Of a stretch of DNA of 64,000 bases, positions 26,860-41,145 are shown piece by piece (the first letter of the stretch is position 1; every line of letters begins with the position of its first letter). Source of the DNA: Octopus sinensis (taxonomy: Eukaryota); the NCBI RefSeq assembly GCF_006345805.1, contig NC_042997.1, positions 148,862,001-148,926,000 of the forward strand, written 5' to 3'. Both the position numbers and the translations under genes were made by a program. Under the pieces are notes generated by a model. That model saw only the letters and a list, made by a program, of their open reading frames with translations. It was not told the origin of the DNA and ran no database searches.

Positions 26860-27140
26860 AGGGGAGAATTCACAAAAAAAGCAAAAGACGAAGATACGTG
26901 GTGTAGAAAAAAATCAGATGTATTAGTATAATGCTCGGGAAGTGAAATGTCTTTAACGTTTCGAGCCTACGTTCTTCCACAGAAAGGAACACAGAAAGAA
27001 ACACGGAGAGAAAATAAAGAATGTGTAGTGGTTAGCGACCTATCATGGCGAAGGCTGGACAGAAGGGTCACACAGGAGAGCTAAGGAGAAGGGTAAATAA
27101 GAGAGTGTTGGTGATCCCAAAACGAAGGCCCGTGCGTGTG
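26860..27140 (-). mobile_element. Penelope-like non-autonomous repeat with degenerate minimal hammerhead
   Basis: Reverse complement reads CTTT-CTGTGGA-A-GAACGTAGGCTC-GAAACGT-T-AAAG (~26951-26986). Confidence 0.55.
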
Positions 27141-27251
27141 CATGTGTATAAGAGAGTTTGTATGTGCGCTACGCTCTCTTCCATTCTGCATGAGTCATAA
27201 GTAACTATGTATATATATATATATCCAACTATATATCCAACTATATATATA

Positions 27252-27320
<69 letters not shown>

Positions 27321-28129
27321 ATATATATATGCTAATAAAATTGTGTATGTGTATGTGCATAGATATGTTACGCAAAAACATTCAATGCATTACTTTCACG
27401 AGGAGAAAGCATGCAGAAAATCTTGGTTGTATCAATAAAATAATATTTGCACTAAGCATTTGCGATTCGAATGAATTTTCTCAGTTTTAACAATTGTCTA
27501 TGCATCGTTTCTTCTATTTAATTAATATTTTTGTAAACATTATCTAAATATTCATTAAAATAAAACAATGTTGCACAGCAGAGGAGAGAAAAATATAATT
27601 AATTCAATCTGGCAAGATATTCAACCTTGCGGAAACTTTGAGAGAAGAATCATATTAATGGAAAAGCTATAAATTATGGATCAGGCTAGATTATTAAGAT
27701 GCTATTTGTTTGTGAACACAAATTTCAATAAATTACACAAAACAAAAATTCGTCACATAGTTCTGGCACCAAATGTGTGTTTCGATAATTTTGAACATAA
27801 TTTCTTCATGTCCAGTACGTGTAGAATTAAAGAAAAAACAAAAACGAATTAGAACTGCTCTGTTGGTACAAAGTCGAGCAAGAAATTTCGCGATATTACA
27901 TTTGGGCATTCATTTTTTTTAATGGTCAGATTCAGGCGCAGTCAAATTTGACAACAATCCTTTCTAAGGGCCAAAAATTAAGTGTCGGTTAAATACCAGT
28001 GCCAATGATGTCGATTATACGCCTCTTCTAAAATGACAAGATAGCGTTTATGTTTGAAACTCACTTATTTCTTTCAGGAATTCTTAAGCTAGTGTCTAAG
28101 CAGAACAAAGAAGTATAGGCACAAGAAAA

Positions 28130-28900
28130 TAGTGCTGTTAGATCATGTGAACTCAATAAAACCATCTATATAGTCACACTGGAAAAAGAAAAAGACAATC
28201 GGCTATCATTCTTGGACCTATTAAAAACACGCACCAAGTATGGATTCAGGACATCCGTATACCGCAAGCCGACCATCACTGAACGATACCACAACTTCAA
28301 CGCCCACCATCCACACAGTGTAAAGAGAGGGATTGCTCAGCGCGTCTAATACATCGAACAATGTATATAGGTAGCGATCGTGATACCCATCACGAAGAAA
28401 TGATCAAGCTCAGTAACAATCTATGAAGCAACAACTACCCCAAAACAATACTCTCCACTCCAGTTATGTAGAAAAGAGAGGATGAAACCAATACACTGTC
28501 CACCGTCTGTCTACCCTATGCGAAAGACTTCTCCGACAGAATACATATGACATCAGGACAGTATTCAAAAGTCATACAACATTTCGCAAATATCCATTTC
28601 GAGTAAAATCACCAATAGAAGAGAATATGACCAAAAACTGCATGTACTGAATCCCATGCAGCTGTGGTAGATTATACAAAGGCGAATCATGTCGCCTCCT
28701 CAAAATTAGGGTAGAGGAACATCGCCAACCTGTGACACGGGGAGATATTCATATAGCTGATCATGTATGGAAAAATGGAGACCAATTCCCCCTGTAAGAT
28801 GAAGTTAAAATAACAGAGAACACCACTGGAATAAAACGAAGCTAAAAGAAGCAGCACATATGCTAGGACATGGGAACCGGTATTAAAGAAGGATAGGAGA
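28130..28900 (+). mobile_element. Penelope-like retroelement fragment (RT C-terminus + GIY-YIG), decayed
   Basis: Translates with stops as NSIKPSI..TLEKEKDNRLSFLDLL, TSVYRKPT, FNAHHPHSVKRGI, NNYPK, LPYAK, NCMY*IPCSCGRLYKGESCRLLKIRVEEH and IADHVW. Confidence 0.9.
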
Positions 28901-28941
28901 ATATTAGATATATAAGCCCTAAAATTGACTCCATAATTGCC

Positions 28942-29700
<759 letters not shown>

Positions 29701-29954
29701 AATAAAGTATCAAATAGCATACTTTTATCGTTACTACAAACTAAATGTGTTTCCACTACAACCTGTGCAGTGGAAACACGCTTAAGTCGACGTAACCATA
29801 GAGAATATGCTGTATGACTTGTAAATCAAAAGGAAATAAAGGATTTAACAATTACTACGTTCTGTATGGTTATAGTTATTTCTATATATATAGTTGAACA
29901 CATGCGGGCAAGCACGCAAGCATATATATCCACACATATATGTATGTATGTATT

Positions 29955-29988
<34 letters not shown>

Positions 29989-30205
29989 CGTGTGTGCGTG
30001 TATGTGTGTATACATACATACATATAGTAAGTACTTGGTTTCACTAGGTTTCACAACCACATGGTTTCGTGTTTAATCCCACTGTCTTCATCTATACTTC
30101 AGGACCGACTTAAACTATTTGAGGATTTGATACACGGAAACTGAAAGAAACCTGTCATGTTCATGTATGTATATGTATACATACATACATATACATACAT
30201 GCATA

Positions 30206-30601
30206 TCTTTATATATAACAGTGAGGTTGTGTGCTGTCTGTCTCCTACCATTTAGATTCCTAACTACTTCCACATTTTTTTGTGCAGTTTAACCAAAACC
30301 GGGTATCTTATAGTCGTGATTCATATCGAGCCCTTCTGGGTATTAGCGCGCGTCTACGATGAGTATACGATTTAAAAAAAAAATTACCATCAATTTTTCC
30401 CATTTTTAATGCATTTTTGGCATATATAAGCGAAGTAACTCTCTAAAAATTTATTATTAAATCTCAGAACGTAAAAAGCTACAGTAACACCCCCCCTTTG
30501 TGGTTAGCCATATTGAGATGGGTATTATACTTTACATCTCTAAAAATGCTTATATAGTTATTTCCCTTACAAACCCGAGCAACGCCGGGCGATACTGCTA
30601 G
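30206..30601 (+). mobile_element. Non-autonomous Helitron-like element
   Basis: A|TCTTTATATATA 5' end, imperfect subterminal hairpin CCCGAGCAACGCCGGG (30574-30589) and a CTAG 3' end about 8 nt downstream; no TIR or TSD. Confidence 0.75.
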
Positions 30602-30630
30602 GCGATACTGCCGGGCGATACTGCCTATAA

Positions 30631-30683
<53 letters not shown>

Positions 30684-30708
30684 CATATATATATATATTA
30701 TAGAAGAT

Positions 30709-31460
30709 ATATGGTGCAGACAATACATTGTTTAGATTACTTAATAATGAAAATAACACTGGCATCTCATTTTAACAGATATAGTTTTCAAAATTACATT
30801 AAAATATTTTGAAATATTATAGAGGAAATTTATTCAATAAAATCGCCATTGACTTCGGCCTCCAGGTGACTTCGGACTTTTCTGCAACTCTTCTGGACGT
30901 TCCTGTCTTCTATTCATTTCTGGTGTTAGAAGGTATTTGTTTGGTCTCTCGCTGAATTGCACCCCGCACATCTTAATCAAGGAGTCTACAGTGCGGGGAG
31001 TTAGACAACCAGATATTAGGGGAGATACGGTCGCAGAAATTGTCTGACAGTCATGACTGGGTTCTCCTGCTTGTGTGGCATGGTGCAGATTCCTGTTGCC
31101 TGACATAGGGTCTTCCAGCAGCCACCTCTTGTCACAGGGCAGCACTACCTCCTCCAGGTACTTGATGTTGTCCACCGTGTTGAGACTGAGGCCGTGGGGG
31201 AAGAAAAATGGAGGCACAACGTTACAATCACTAGCGATTACCCCAAACACTGTGATGATGCCTGGATGTCTGATATTTATCATTCTCGGTATATCTCCTC
31301 AGATTGCATTGTCCTCAGATTTACACCCAAACACTCGGAAATGTTCGTATTGGAGGTTCTGGCGTGAATGTCAAGCAGTAGAGCATGTCATTTCAAAATT
31401 TCCGGCAGAGTGAATTGGGTCATGGTGCTTCTTTTTACCCAGACGGTATCCAACTAACAC
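30709..31460 (-). mobile_element. maT/DD37D-like Tc1/mariner transposase relic
   Basis: HPGIITVFGVIASDCNVVPPFFFPHGLSLNT...LEEVVLP, then (frameshift) RPYVWQQESAPCHTSRRTQS and IWLSNSP. Confidence 0.8.
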
Positions 31461-31536
31461 TTACTATATTTGTAGTCGACAAAGTCAAACACAAACAATG
31501 AATGAAAAATTAACTGGTGACAATTTACACTTTGAA

Positions 31537-31602
<66 letters not shown>

Positions 31603-31799
31603 TATATATAATATATATATATGCGTGTTTCTATGCATGTGTTTGCAATTGAATACAACAGCCCCAATAATGTGAATAAACTTTCGTTATTAACCATTCT
31701 TCCCTAATAAACTTCTGGCATAATGGGAGATGTGCCAATGTTGAAAATCAAAATCACAATAACAACTATATCACTGCCAGTTTTACAATATCATTCTTG

Positions 31800-31821
31800 C
31801 TAGTATTATTATTATTATTAC

Positions 31822-31904
<83 letters not shown>

Positions 31905-31922
31905 TTATTATTATTGTTGTTG

Positions 31923-31965
<43 letters not shown>

Positions 31966-32107
31966 CATCATTATTATTATTATCATCATTATTATTATTA
32001 GTAGTAGTAGTAGTAGTAGTAATTGTAGCAACTGTAGTAGCAAATGTAATTATTGTTGTTTCTTTAGCAGTAGTCTTTAAACTTGTTTCGTATCATTATT
32101 GTTAAAA

Positions 32108-32143
<36 letters not shown>

Positions 32144-32195
32144 TGTATGATGTATGTATGTATGTATGTATGTATGTATGTGTATGTATGTGTGA
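31800..32195. repeat. (TAT)n/(TAG)n and (TATG)n microsatellites
   Basis: Visible directly. Confidence 0.95.
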
Positions 32196-33043
32196 GTTTA
32201 GATACTATTAAAATATTTGCAAACAAAAACATAAAGCAGAACAAACGTTATTAGTTAAATTTGACTGTTTATTGAAGCAAATAAGCGGATGTTTCCAAAG
32301 CAAGAGAGCAACAGACTGGAACAAAGCAATTGCAGAGAAGAATATACAGAAACTGAGAAAAATTATATTGTAAAAGCATTCAAATGATACTTGTTATGTT
32401 TCATCTTTTTACTTAATGTTTTTGTTTTACGGTTAATTCTCTCTACATATTTGAAGTTTCCTATTATACTTTACTTTGTGATTATAGATTTAATTAGGCT
32501 TCTACAACAGTAATAAGTTTTTTGTGTAATATAGTTGAGTTTTATCAATTTTTTATGTAAAAATTGCTAATTGCTTTTATATATGCAAATCAAACACGAT
32601 TTTAGTGATAGGAAATATTTCTACATGTTTTTATTCTTTGAGTACAAAGAGAGAATAAAATACTGCATTCGGCTCAGTGAAACACAAACCAGAGAATCAG
32701 TAGATAATAATATCTGTACTGATCAGTAGATAAAACTACATGCTAAATTATTATATCAAAATGGTGTTGCGATATTCATCCTTTTCCAATTAGTATTCAA
32801 TATCTAGGCTGAACTGAAATTTCTACTTATCACATTGGAATCTACAACGTTTCATTATGTGTCTGGGTCTAAATCCACAACAGAAGCCAACAATGCAAAG
32901 TCTCCATGAAGAAGTAAGTTAGTAAGGGTTATAATGGTTCCCAGAAGTTTTGATAGAACGCTATTTGTCGATACCATCGACACCAATACTTGACTCCAAG
33001 TATATTTTAACGAAACTAGAGATCAAAAAGGAAACTTGATTAT

Positions 33044-33230
33044 AGGCGCAGGAGTGGCTGTGGGGTAAGTAGCTTCCTTACCGACCACATGGTTCCGGGT
33101 TCAGTCCCACTGCGTGGCATCTTGGGCAAGTGTCTTCTGCTATAACCTCTGGCCGACCAAAGCCTTGTGTGTGGATTCGGTAGACGGAAACTGAAACAAG
33201 CCCGTCGTATATATGTGTATATATATATAT

Positions 33231-33298
<68 letters not shown>

Positions 33299-33385
33299 GT
33301 GTGTGTTTGGCTGTTCCCATTACCATTGCTTGACAACCGAAGCTGGTGTGTTTATGAACCCCTCTTTTATCGGTTCGGCAATAGA
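33044..33385 (+). mobile_element. Family B CORE-type SINE
   Basis: GGCGCAGGAGTGGCTGTGGGGTAAG..GGGTTCAGTCCCACTGCGTGGCATCTTGGGCAAGTGTCTTC. Confidence 0.9.
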
Positions 33386-33454
33386 TATCGTTAGAATTCA
33401 AAATGGAAAGAATCGGAGGAAATACAGCTAAACATTTTGGCCCGCCTATTTAAT

Positions 33455-33670
33455 AATGGTTTCATATTTTGGCACACGGCCAGCAATTTTAGGGGAGGAG
33501 TAAGTTGATTGCACCGATCCCAGTGCTCAGCTGATACCTATTTTATCGACTCCTAAAGGATGAAATGCAAACTCTACCTAAGCAGAATTTGAAATCAGTA
33601 TGTGGATCCGGGCGAAATGTCGCTACACATTTTGCTCGGGGTGCTAACGATTCTGTTAGAGCTCCACCTT
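33455..33670 (-). mobile_element. Family A SINE
   Basis: TTTATCGACTCCTAAAGGATGAAATGCAAA...GCAGAATTTGAAATCAG...GTGCTAACGATTCTG. Confidence 0.75.
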
Positions 33671-34989
33671 TCACCTCCTTTATTATAATAATTGTCATCA
33701 TGGTAACAATATTTTCCTTATTAACAACTAAGAGTTCACAATGATAATACTGAATAACACAATGTAAGGTTTACATAAAAGAGTATAATATTAAAATAAC
33801 CGGAAAAAACAACTTTAAATATGAAATAATTCCCGAGAAACAGAACTCTGAATGCTTAGGATGCAAAAATCCCTTAAAACCGCGTCAACCTCAATATACG
33901 GGCGCATACATAGCAAGCATGTTCACCCCGACTTTCTTTGTCACATTTATAAATCTTTAAAAAAAATTCTGTGAGGTAGCACTTCCTCGCCCCCGACATT
34001 TTTCCTTTCGAGTGAATCTCACAAGAGTTTTATGAGAGATTAGCCAAATCAGAAGGTAAATGTATTCATCCCATTAAGTCTTGTCCACCAAACAACCTCT
34101 GTTACCAAAGACACAGTCTAGATGAAAACTACCTCTTCATACTGGCCGAAGAGGCAGAGTGGTAAATTCGTCGGTCGATCTATATGTAAGAGGAACCTTT
34201 CGACATCAACAAAATGCGCAGACACTGAATGTGTGCGTGCCGAATGATTTCGTTGACTGGTGTGTGGGACGCAAGATATTTAAAGACTCAGATAGATAGC
34301 ACTTTAACAACGAGCAGATATAACCTACATTGAAGAGAACTACCTGCTGAAAACCGGGTTGAGGACAGCCGCCAAATATCAATAGTCGACTTTATCAAAA
34401 GCTTTCGATTGGTGTAAGCTGATCAGAACCCACCTATGCAACGTTTCTTAGTTACCATTTTTTGTGATATTTTGCATGAAGAGGAAGTTTTCGTGCGGTT
34501 TTATCTGTTTCGGGTGGCTCATACCTGCGCTTTGCCAGCCAGACACTCGAGGATAATTTAGAATGCTGAAAGGCAGTATTCTAACGAATAATACATGAAA
34601 TCAATATAGAAAACAGAGCAAATCATAAGTTCATTCTTAACAATAAATACTACCGAAAATAGAAAGGCAAAATAACCCCTGAAAATATAACATCATGTGT
34701 TATGTTTTACTGTTAAATATTAAGCCTTAATCCTTCTAGCTTGCCAGGTAATATTTTGCAACATTTTACTCTGAAAAATATTCAATTACGAAGACTAGAA
34801 AATGAAGGACTAGAAAATATTGATAATCCACCCATCCTCCAACTGAAAAGGATTGTATTTATCACCAATTCAGGTATATAGGCAACTTCTAAAACATGAG
34901 AGTTATAACACATTATCTATTGTAAACTACAACAAAATATTGTAAAAAGTAATGTTTTAGAATAGTGCAGACCACAAAACAACATACAT

Positions 34990-35340
34990 TCAAGTAAACC
35001 AAGGAATATATAACTGAGAATTGTAAGAGTGTAAAAGCACTCACAACACATACACTGGACAAAATGAAACATAATCTACATATAGTATTTGAAAATGCTG
35101 TACTAAAACAGTAATTAGAAAACTGGCCACCTAATCATATAACTCTGAACTATGCGGATAATATGTAAACAAAATGCATCTTAGCATTGCACAGTATACA
35201 TAAAAGTGAAAACATTATTGAATATGATTGAATTATAGCCAGCCCCATCAATGGAACCAATATAAAACGTGTACTGAAAGTAACTGCGATAAACAATGTC
35301 AAAACATTGGAAGATTTGGAAGAAGCAAATAAATATATTA
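34990..35340 (+). mobile_element. Possible highly decayed Penelope-like GIY-YIG relic
   Basis: QGIYN ... CKS ... TYTGQ-like spacing in an A-rich, strand-biased tract. Confidence 0.3.
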
Positions 35341-36425
35341 CGTTAATTCAACACATCAGTTCATTAATTACAGTCCCAAGATAACGCACACAATTGCTGG
35401 CCAATATGAAATAGAGAATCCCCAAACCATATATATGTCTAAATCAGCAGCCAATAAAATAGCATACCCCAAGAAAAAATTATCGACATTTTTGAATCTG
35501 TTGAGTGACAAACATTTAAGATTTTATGCTCATTTATGTACCGCTGATATTCGCATTAATAACGAAATAAATATCATGCGAACACATTAACGGTGAATAG
35601 ACGCATTTATCACTTATAGGAGGAATTAAGTCCCATGCCCCTTCAAAAAAAAAAAACAATGCAAATATATATTTCAATTTTGGGATGTGGAGAGCTAGTT
35701 TAATTTAACTTAGAGGAAGTATGAAAATAGCAGAGTGAAAAATAATTATTTAAGAAATGTACACACACACACAAAAAGAAAGAAAATAGTAAATTACCAC
35801 TCCTGAATTCGAACACGGAAAAGAGAATGTGTCCATAAACTCCATGCAAATTGTTCTGCAACAAACTCAGAAGAAATGGTAATACAAAAAATACACGTTA
35901 AACATTTTGTAGACAAAATAAATCTAATATAACAGCCATTTTGTATTCCCAAACAAGAAACAATTAAAAAAAAAATATCTCTTCAAACAGGACATGATGA
36001 AAATGTACAATAACAACAGAAATAAAATGCAATGTAAATGAAAAAAAATAAAGGTAAAAAAGGACCAATGCAAATAGCGAAGAAAGTAAGATTAAATGTT
36101 TAAATTCTAAGGGTGCAAGATAGAATGATAGACAAGTCCGGCAAAATTACGCCAAAGCTTACCCATATCAATGAAGTGAGATAGTAATTGTCTTCTATTT
36201 ACTTGAAAACTTTTACTTCCAGATTTAAACTCTACCGAAATATATTTATTCCGCCCATTACCACAGGGTTCTTAAAATTGAGAACTATTTAATTACTGTG
36301 GTGTATATGAACACTTTGTCCTGCATAACGTTTTACCATATGCTCATGAAATGATTTAACATTACGAGAAGAAATTAATATAAAGAATTCTGTAATACAA
36401 ACATTTAATATGATGATTATGGAAT

Positions 36426-36600
36426 AAGGCGTCAAGCTGTAGGGTAAAATACTTCACGGTATTTCATCCGGCTTTACTTTATGAGTTCCAATTCCAGCGA
36501 GGTCGACATTGCCTCGATAAAATGAGTTGAGCTCTGGTGTTCATGTAATCAACTTACCTCTTTTCTCGAAAATGTTGGCTTTCTGTCGAAATTTGAAATA
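36426..36600 (+). mobile_element. Family A SINE, degenerate
   Basis: AAGGCGTCAAGCTG...GAGTTCCAATTCCAGCGAGGTCGACATTGCC. Confidence 0.7.
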
Positions 36601-37499
36601 AAAATTATGATTGTGGATTGCTACTAATTTTACACAATATTTCCATGACAGCGGATTTAATGGAACATGGAGAAATTTCTTACGATAATTGTGTGAAATT
36701 ATTGCATTCTCAGATCGAATATCACCAAACTCGCCAGAGATTTTCATTTTCCTGAATTAATGACGTATAGGAATAGTATAATAGCATGGAAGAGCACACA
36801 TTCTTTTTCGGGCTTCGCAAGATCAACAACATTGTACTATGAAAAGGACGCTAATGCGCTCTCCACTGGACCCATTTTCTGCAAAATAGCAACTTTTTGA
36901 AGGTGGCTCATCGGAAGACTGCTGGAAATGGTATTTGAGGAGTAGGAGTCAGTGGATATTTCCATTGAATTACGATACCATATATCAATAGTGCATTTCA
37001 CAATTCCGGGTCTTGCGAATAAGTAATATTTAAGGACAATGGTTGATAAGATCGACAGTTCTCTATTTCAAAATATGCGGGCTTGCACCTCTGAGAGTAA
37101 TCGATAATATTTTTACGAATATTATGAAATGTTTTTGCCCATATCTTACATTATATTTTTGTTTGCTGCTTTCCTTTTCTACTAATTCATTTTTTTTCTA
37201 TCGTTTTATCTCATGTATTCATTTGATTACATTGCTGAGGAAAACACGATTAATGAAAACAAATAATGAACGGGACGTTGAGTTTTTGATCAAATTAACA
37301 TTACTTGTTTTTTAATATTTTATATATAATTTTGAATTTATTTATATTTCGCACATATTACCACAAATTAAGAATAGTACACATATACACACAGTATTCA
37401 CCCTCAAACAAAATCACTTACACATATATCTATACAGACACATAAAAGAACACACAGATGTATATGCCCATATGTGTACATGTTTGCGTTAGGGTATAA

Positions 37500-37554
<55 letters not shown>

Positions 37555-37575
37555 TGCATATATATATATACCCTA

Positions 37576-37627
<52 letters not shown>

Positions 37628-37677
37628 AATGTGCATTTATATATATATACATATATGTATATATATATATATAATAT

Positions 37678-37732
<55 letters not shown>

Positions 37733-38849
37733 GTGTCTATATAAGTGCTTATGTATAGTGTATGGATGAATGTATGGGTGAGTGTATGTTGAACATGGAA
37801 AATAACAAGTACAACGTAAAAGACAAGAAGTCAATATCATAAACATTATAGTGGAAAATAAATGAATAGAGCTTCATACCCAGCATTAAAAAAAAACATG
37901 GAAATTATATATAAAAAAAATCAGCTTAAATAATATAGAAGAGAAATGAAAGTGAAAAAAAATGAGCAAACGGATGAATGAATTAAAAATAAAATAAAAT
38001 TAAAAGAAAACGATGTCTTATCGAGCGTAAATCGAAATTTTTATTTATTTGTTGTTTTACTGATACCCAAAAGCAAAGTGAAGAAATCAATGTTTAAAAT
38101 ATCGATTTTACGGCAAATATAATTAGTATTTATTTTTCGTGTTTTCTTTAAAATTTTTGTGCGATATCATTTTTGTATATGTTTTTGTTCTTGCAGTTGT
38201 TTTTGATTTTGATGCGATAATAAAATCTAATTGGAAGAGCTCTATGATGATCTTACCAAACCTTGGCTTAATTGCATTTGGTTTTATTATTATGACTTAT
38301 TATTATTGTTATATGATCATTATTTTTATGTTGTTATTAATTTATGCATTACTTTTATTGTTAATCTTATTATTATGTTGGTAATGTTGAATTATACTTT
38401 TACAGTTTTGTTATACTTTACAGTGTATGTATTTATATTTCCTTCTATGCAGTTGTATTCTTAGTTTTCTAAAATTCTGACGGGTCACTTTGGTGTTGTT
38501 TGGGTGTTGGCGGTATAGACGCCTGTATTTATTTACATATTTGTTGTATGTATTTGCATATTTAGTTATTCATTATTTTTCTACTTGATAATTTATTGTA
38601 TGCAATATTGTTATTTAAATATTTTGATTTGGAAATTTCCCTACGGTTTGCAGCCAGTAAATGCACTGATACTTAAATATACGATTTGCAAACACACATG
38701 TACACTTATAAAACATATATGCACATAAACACTTATTATGGTATTAATCTTTTGCTCTCTACATATAAATCGATATAATTCTATATTTATCTAACTCTCT
38801 CTTTCTTTCTTACTGTTCATCACTTGCATATATATATATATATATATAT

Positions 38850-38972
38850 ACAGTTGACCTGCTCGCTTAGCCAGCGGGTGGCGTCATTCGAAGGCTAAAA
38901 CAATGCGAACGCATTGTGACCAGCGATGTGTAAAAACATCTGATGGTCTGGTCGGTCACGTGCTCACGTGAT
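38850..38972 (+). mobile_element. 3' part of a short interspersed repeat
   Basis: TGTGACCAGCGATGTGTAAAAACATCTGATGGTCTGGTCGGTCACGTGCTCACGTGA is related to 3594-3651 (TGTGTCCAGCGAAGTATAACATCATCTGGTGATCTGGTCGCTCACATGATCACATGA). Confidence 0.6.
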
Positions 38973-38982
38973 ATATATATAT

Positions 38983-39252
38983 AGTAATATATGGGGCAAA
39001 CACCTCGAAACTAGCCTGTTGGTGCCAGACCAACAAGGGGAAGCGGCTGACCTCCCCTGTTCCAAGGTTATAGTGGTCACAGGTTCGTGTGTCACGTAGC
39101 TAGCTGGAGGCGATGGCTTCTTGGGGCGAATCAACGGCAGCATTCGTTCCATTTTTGTGGATTGCGATGTTAGCTTAACTATTAATATCGATGTTAGCGA
39201 TAACTATTAATATCCAGTACTGCTGCCATAGTCTCCTTTAGGAAGACTTACA
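38983..39252. mobile_element. Possible solo LTR (~270 bp)
   Basis: GC-rich island between (TA)n tracts with termini aGTAA...TTACA and an internal ~24-bp tandem duplication. Confidence 0.35.
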
Positions 39253-39269
39253 AATATATATATATATAT

Positions 39270-39637
39270 ACGAGCAAAACGCCAGCCGTCCAATGGACGG
39301 TGGTGAATTGTCAAACATTTAAACCAAATATTCTCAAAACAACTTGTCCGACCGTCCCATAGGCCTCCCATTTGAGAAACACTGATTTAAACCAAATTTG
39401 AGACACCAGCAAAAGAAGAATTGACGATAGTCTTTTTTCTATTCCAAAGAAAAATAACTTCCCATGGCTTTATCGATCGCATTCTCACCTGGAATCGATT
39501 TTGTAATTTTTTCAAGACTTATACACACCCTGATACAGTCCGTATCTACATAACAAATTTGAGCGCACTCGGATGGAGGATGCTCGAGATCCGAAAAGAC
39601 AAACACACAGACAGACAGAACGGATTTTATATAAAGA
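39270..39637 (-). mobile_element. Non-autonomous Helitron-like element
   Basis: Reverse-complement 5' end TCTTTATATAAAATCCGTTCTGTCTGTCTG; perfect hairpin CCGTCCA-A-TGGACGG (39286-39300) near a degenerate CTAG end. A second Helitron-like 5' end lies at ~39740. Confidence 0.7.
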
Positions 39638-39802
39638 CGGTTCTGAATTACCATAGAAAGTGCGAGCCCTCTAACTGAAAAATTGTGGATTTGTATAGAG
39701 GAAACGCACACAGAAATTTTGCCGTTTATATATATAGAGACAAACTGTGAATTTTATTCCTTTTAAACTGTAAAATTTCGCCGTCTTAAATACTCATATC
39801 TT

Positions 39803-39877
39803 GTCTCTGATAAAGGAATACCCAGTGCACAGACATGCTAACCAACCACTTGGGTTATCCCCAAAACAGCTGTAAGA
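39803..39877 (+). ncRNA. Degenerate minimal type-I hammerhead ribozyme (Penelope-associated type)
   Basis: TCT-CTGATAA-A-GGAATACCCAGTG...CACTTGGGTTATCCCC-AAA-ACAGCTGT-A-AGA: stems I and II, palindromic stem III and a GUA triplet are present; core G8 and G12 are A. Confidence 0.6.
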
Positions 39878-40139
39878 ATTCAAATTCACCTTACTCTTAT
39901 TAAATTATTCTAAATGACTTAGGTTTGATTTTTCTTCTAATATAATATATAAATGCGATAGCGGAATCTTAACACGGATCGCGCGATCGAGACTTAGTTG
40001 TCACTTTGAAGTCTACTGGTCGAGCCACTATAGTACTTATTGAGCGTACCTATTCTTTTAGATCACAAGTGAATTAAGCCCCTCATATTCTCTATTATTG
40101 TCCTTCAGAGCACTTTATATATATATATGTGTATGTAAA

Positions 40140-40199
<60 letters not shown>

Positions 40200-40200
<1 letters not shown>

Positions 40201-40357
40201 GCTTATTTCAGTTTCCGTCTACCAAATCCTCTCATAAGGCTTTGGTCGGCCCAAGGCTATAGTAGAAGATACATGCCCAAGGTGCAACACAGTGGGACTG
40301 AACAGGGAACCATGTGGTTCGTAATCAAGGCACTTACCACTCAGCCTCTCCTGCGCG
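40200..40357 (-). mobile_element. Family B SINE 5' half
   Basis: TTCAGTTTCCGTCTACCAAATCC...CCCAAGGTGCAACACAGTGGGACTGAAC...CTCCTGCGC. Confidence 0.85.
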
Positions 40358-40360
40358 TAC

Positions 40361-40399
<39 letters not shown>

Positions 40400-40913
40400 A
40401 GCAGAGACTAAGATAGAGAGGGAAAGATAGAAGGAGAAATATATGCATTTACATACGTATGCATTAGTATATATACAGGTATGTATGATTAGGGAGAATG
40501 GATTCATTAGATATATTAGGGCAACAGGTATCTTCCAGTTCCATCTTTTTCATTAGGTGTTTCATGTATCCGTATAAGACTAACATAGTTTAGTTTATTT
40601 TTATCAATGTTTTGAGGCACCTCTGTCAACGTCTGACGAACTGATGAATTCTGCATTGAGTATTTTGCAATGTGGTCGAGTTTCAGTGACGCACACTTCC
40701 CCGCCTTATGCTGATCCTTAATGATCAACGATATTCATCATGTATATTGACCGTTAATGTAACACGCAATCATTCGCGCCATACACAGTTTTTCTCCGTG
40801 TGTATGCTGTCGGTTTGTTTAATTCAGGTTTGCTTTGAGATACAATTACTCCTTGTTTATTTAACTGTAAATGCTTCATGGAAATTTCATGTTATGACTG
40901 TATTTTATACTAA

Positions 40914-41145
40914 TAAGGCGGTGAGCTGGCAGAAACGTTAGTACGCCGGATGAAATGCGTAGCCGTATTTCGTCTGTCGTTACGTTCTGAGTTCAAATTC
41001 TGCCGAGGTCGACTTTGCCTTTCATCCTTTCGGGATCGATAAATTAAGTACTAGTTACGCACTGGGGTCGATATAATCGACTGGATCCGTTTGTCTGTCC
41101 TTGCTTGTCCTTTCTGTGTTTAGCCTCTTGTGGGCAGTAAAGAAA
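40914..41145 (+). mobile_element. Family A SINE, well preserved
   Basis: AAGGCGGTGAGCTGGCAGAAACGTTAG...GAGTTCAAATTCTGCCGAGGTCGACTTTGCCTTTCATCCTTTCGGGATCGATAAATTAAG. Confidence 0.9.

Noticed and set aside
36660-37020. Possible exons in unique sequence (several open frames on both strands)
   Set aside because: Weak or conflicting splice signals and no recognisable protein; consistent with chance.
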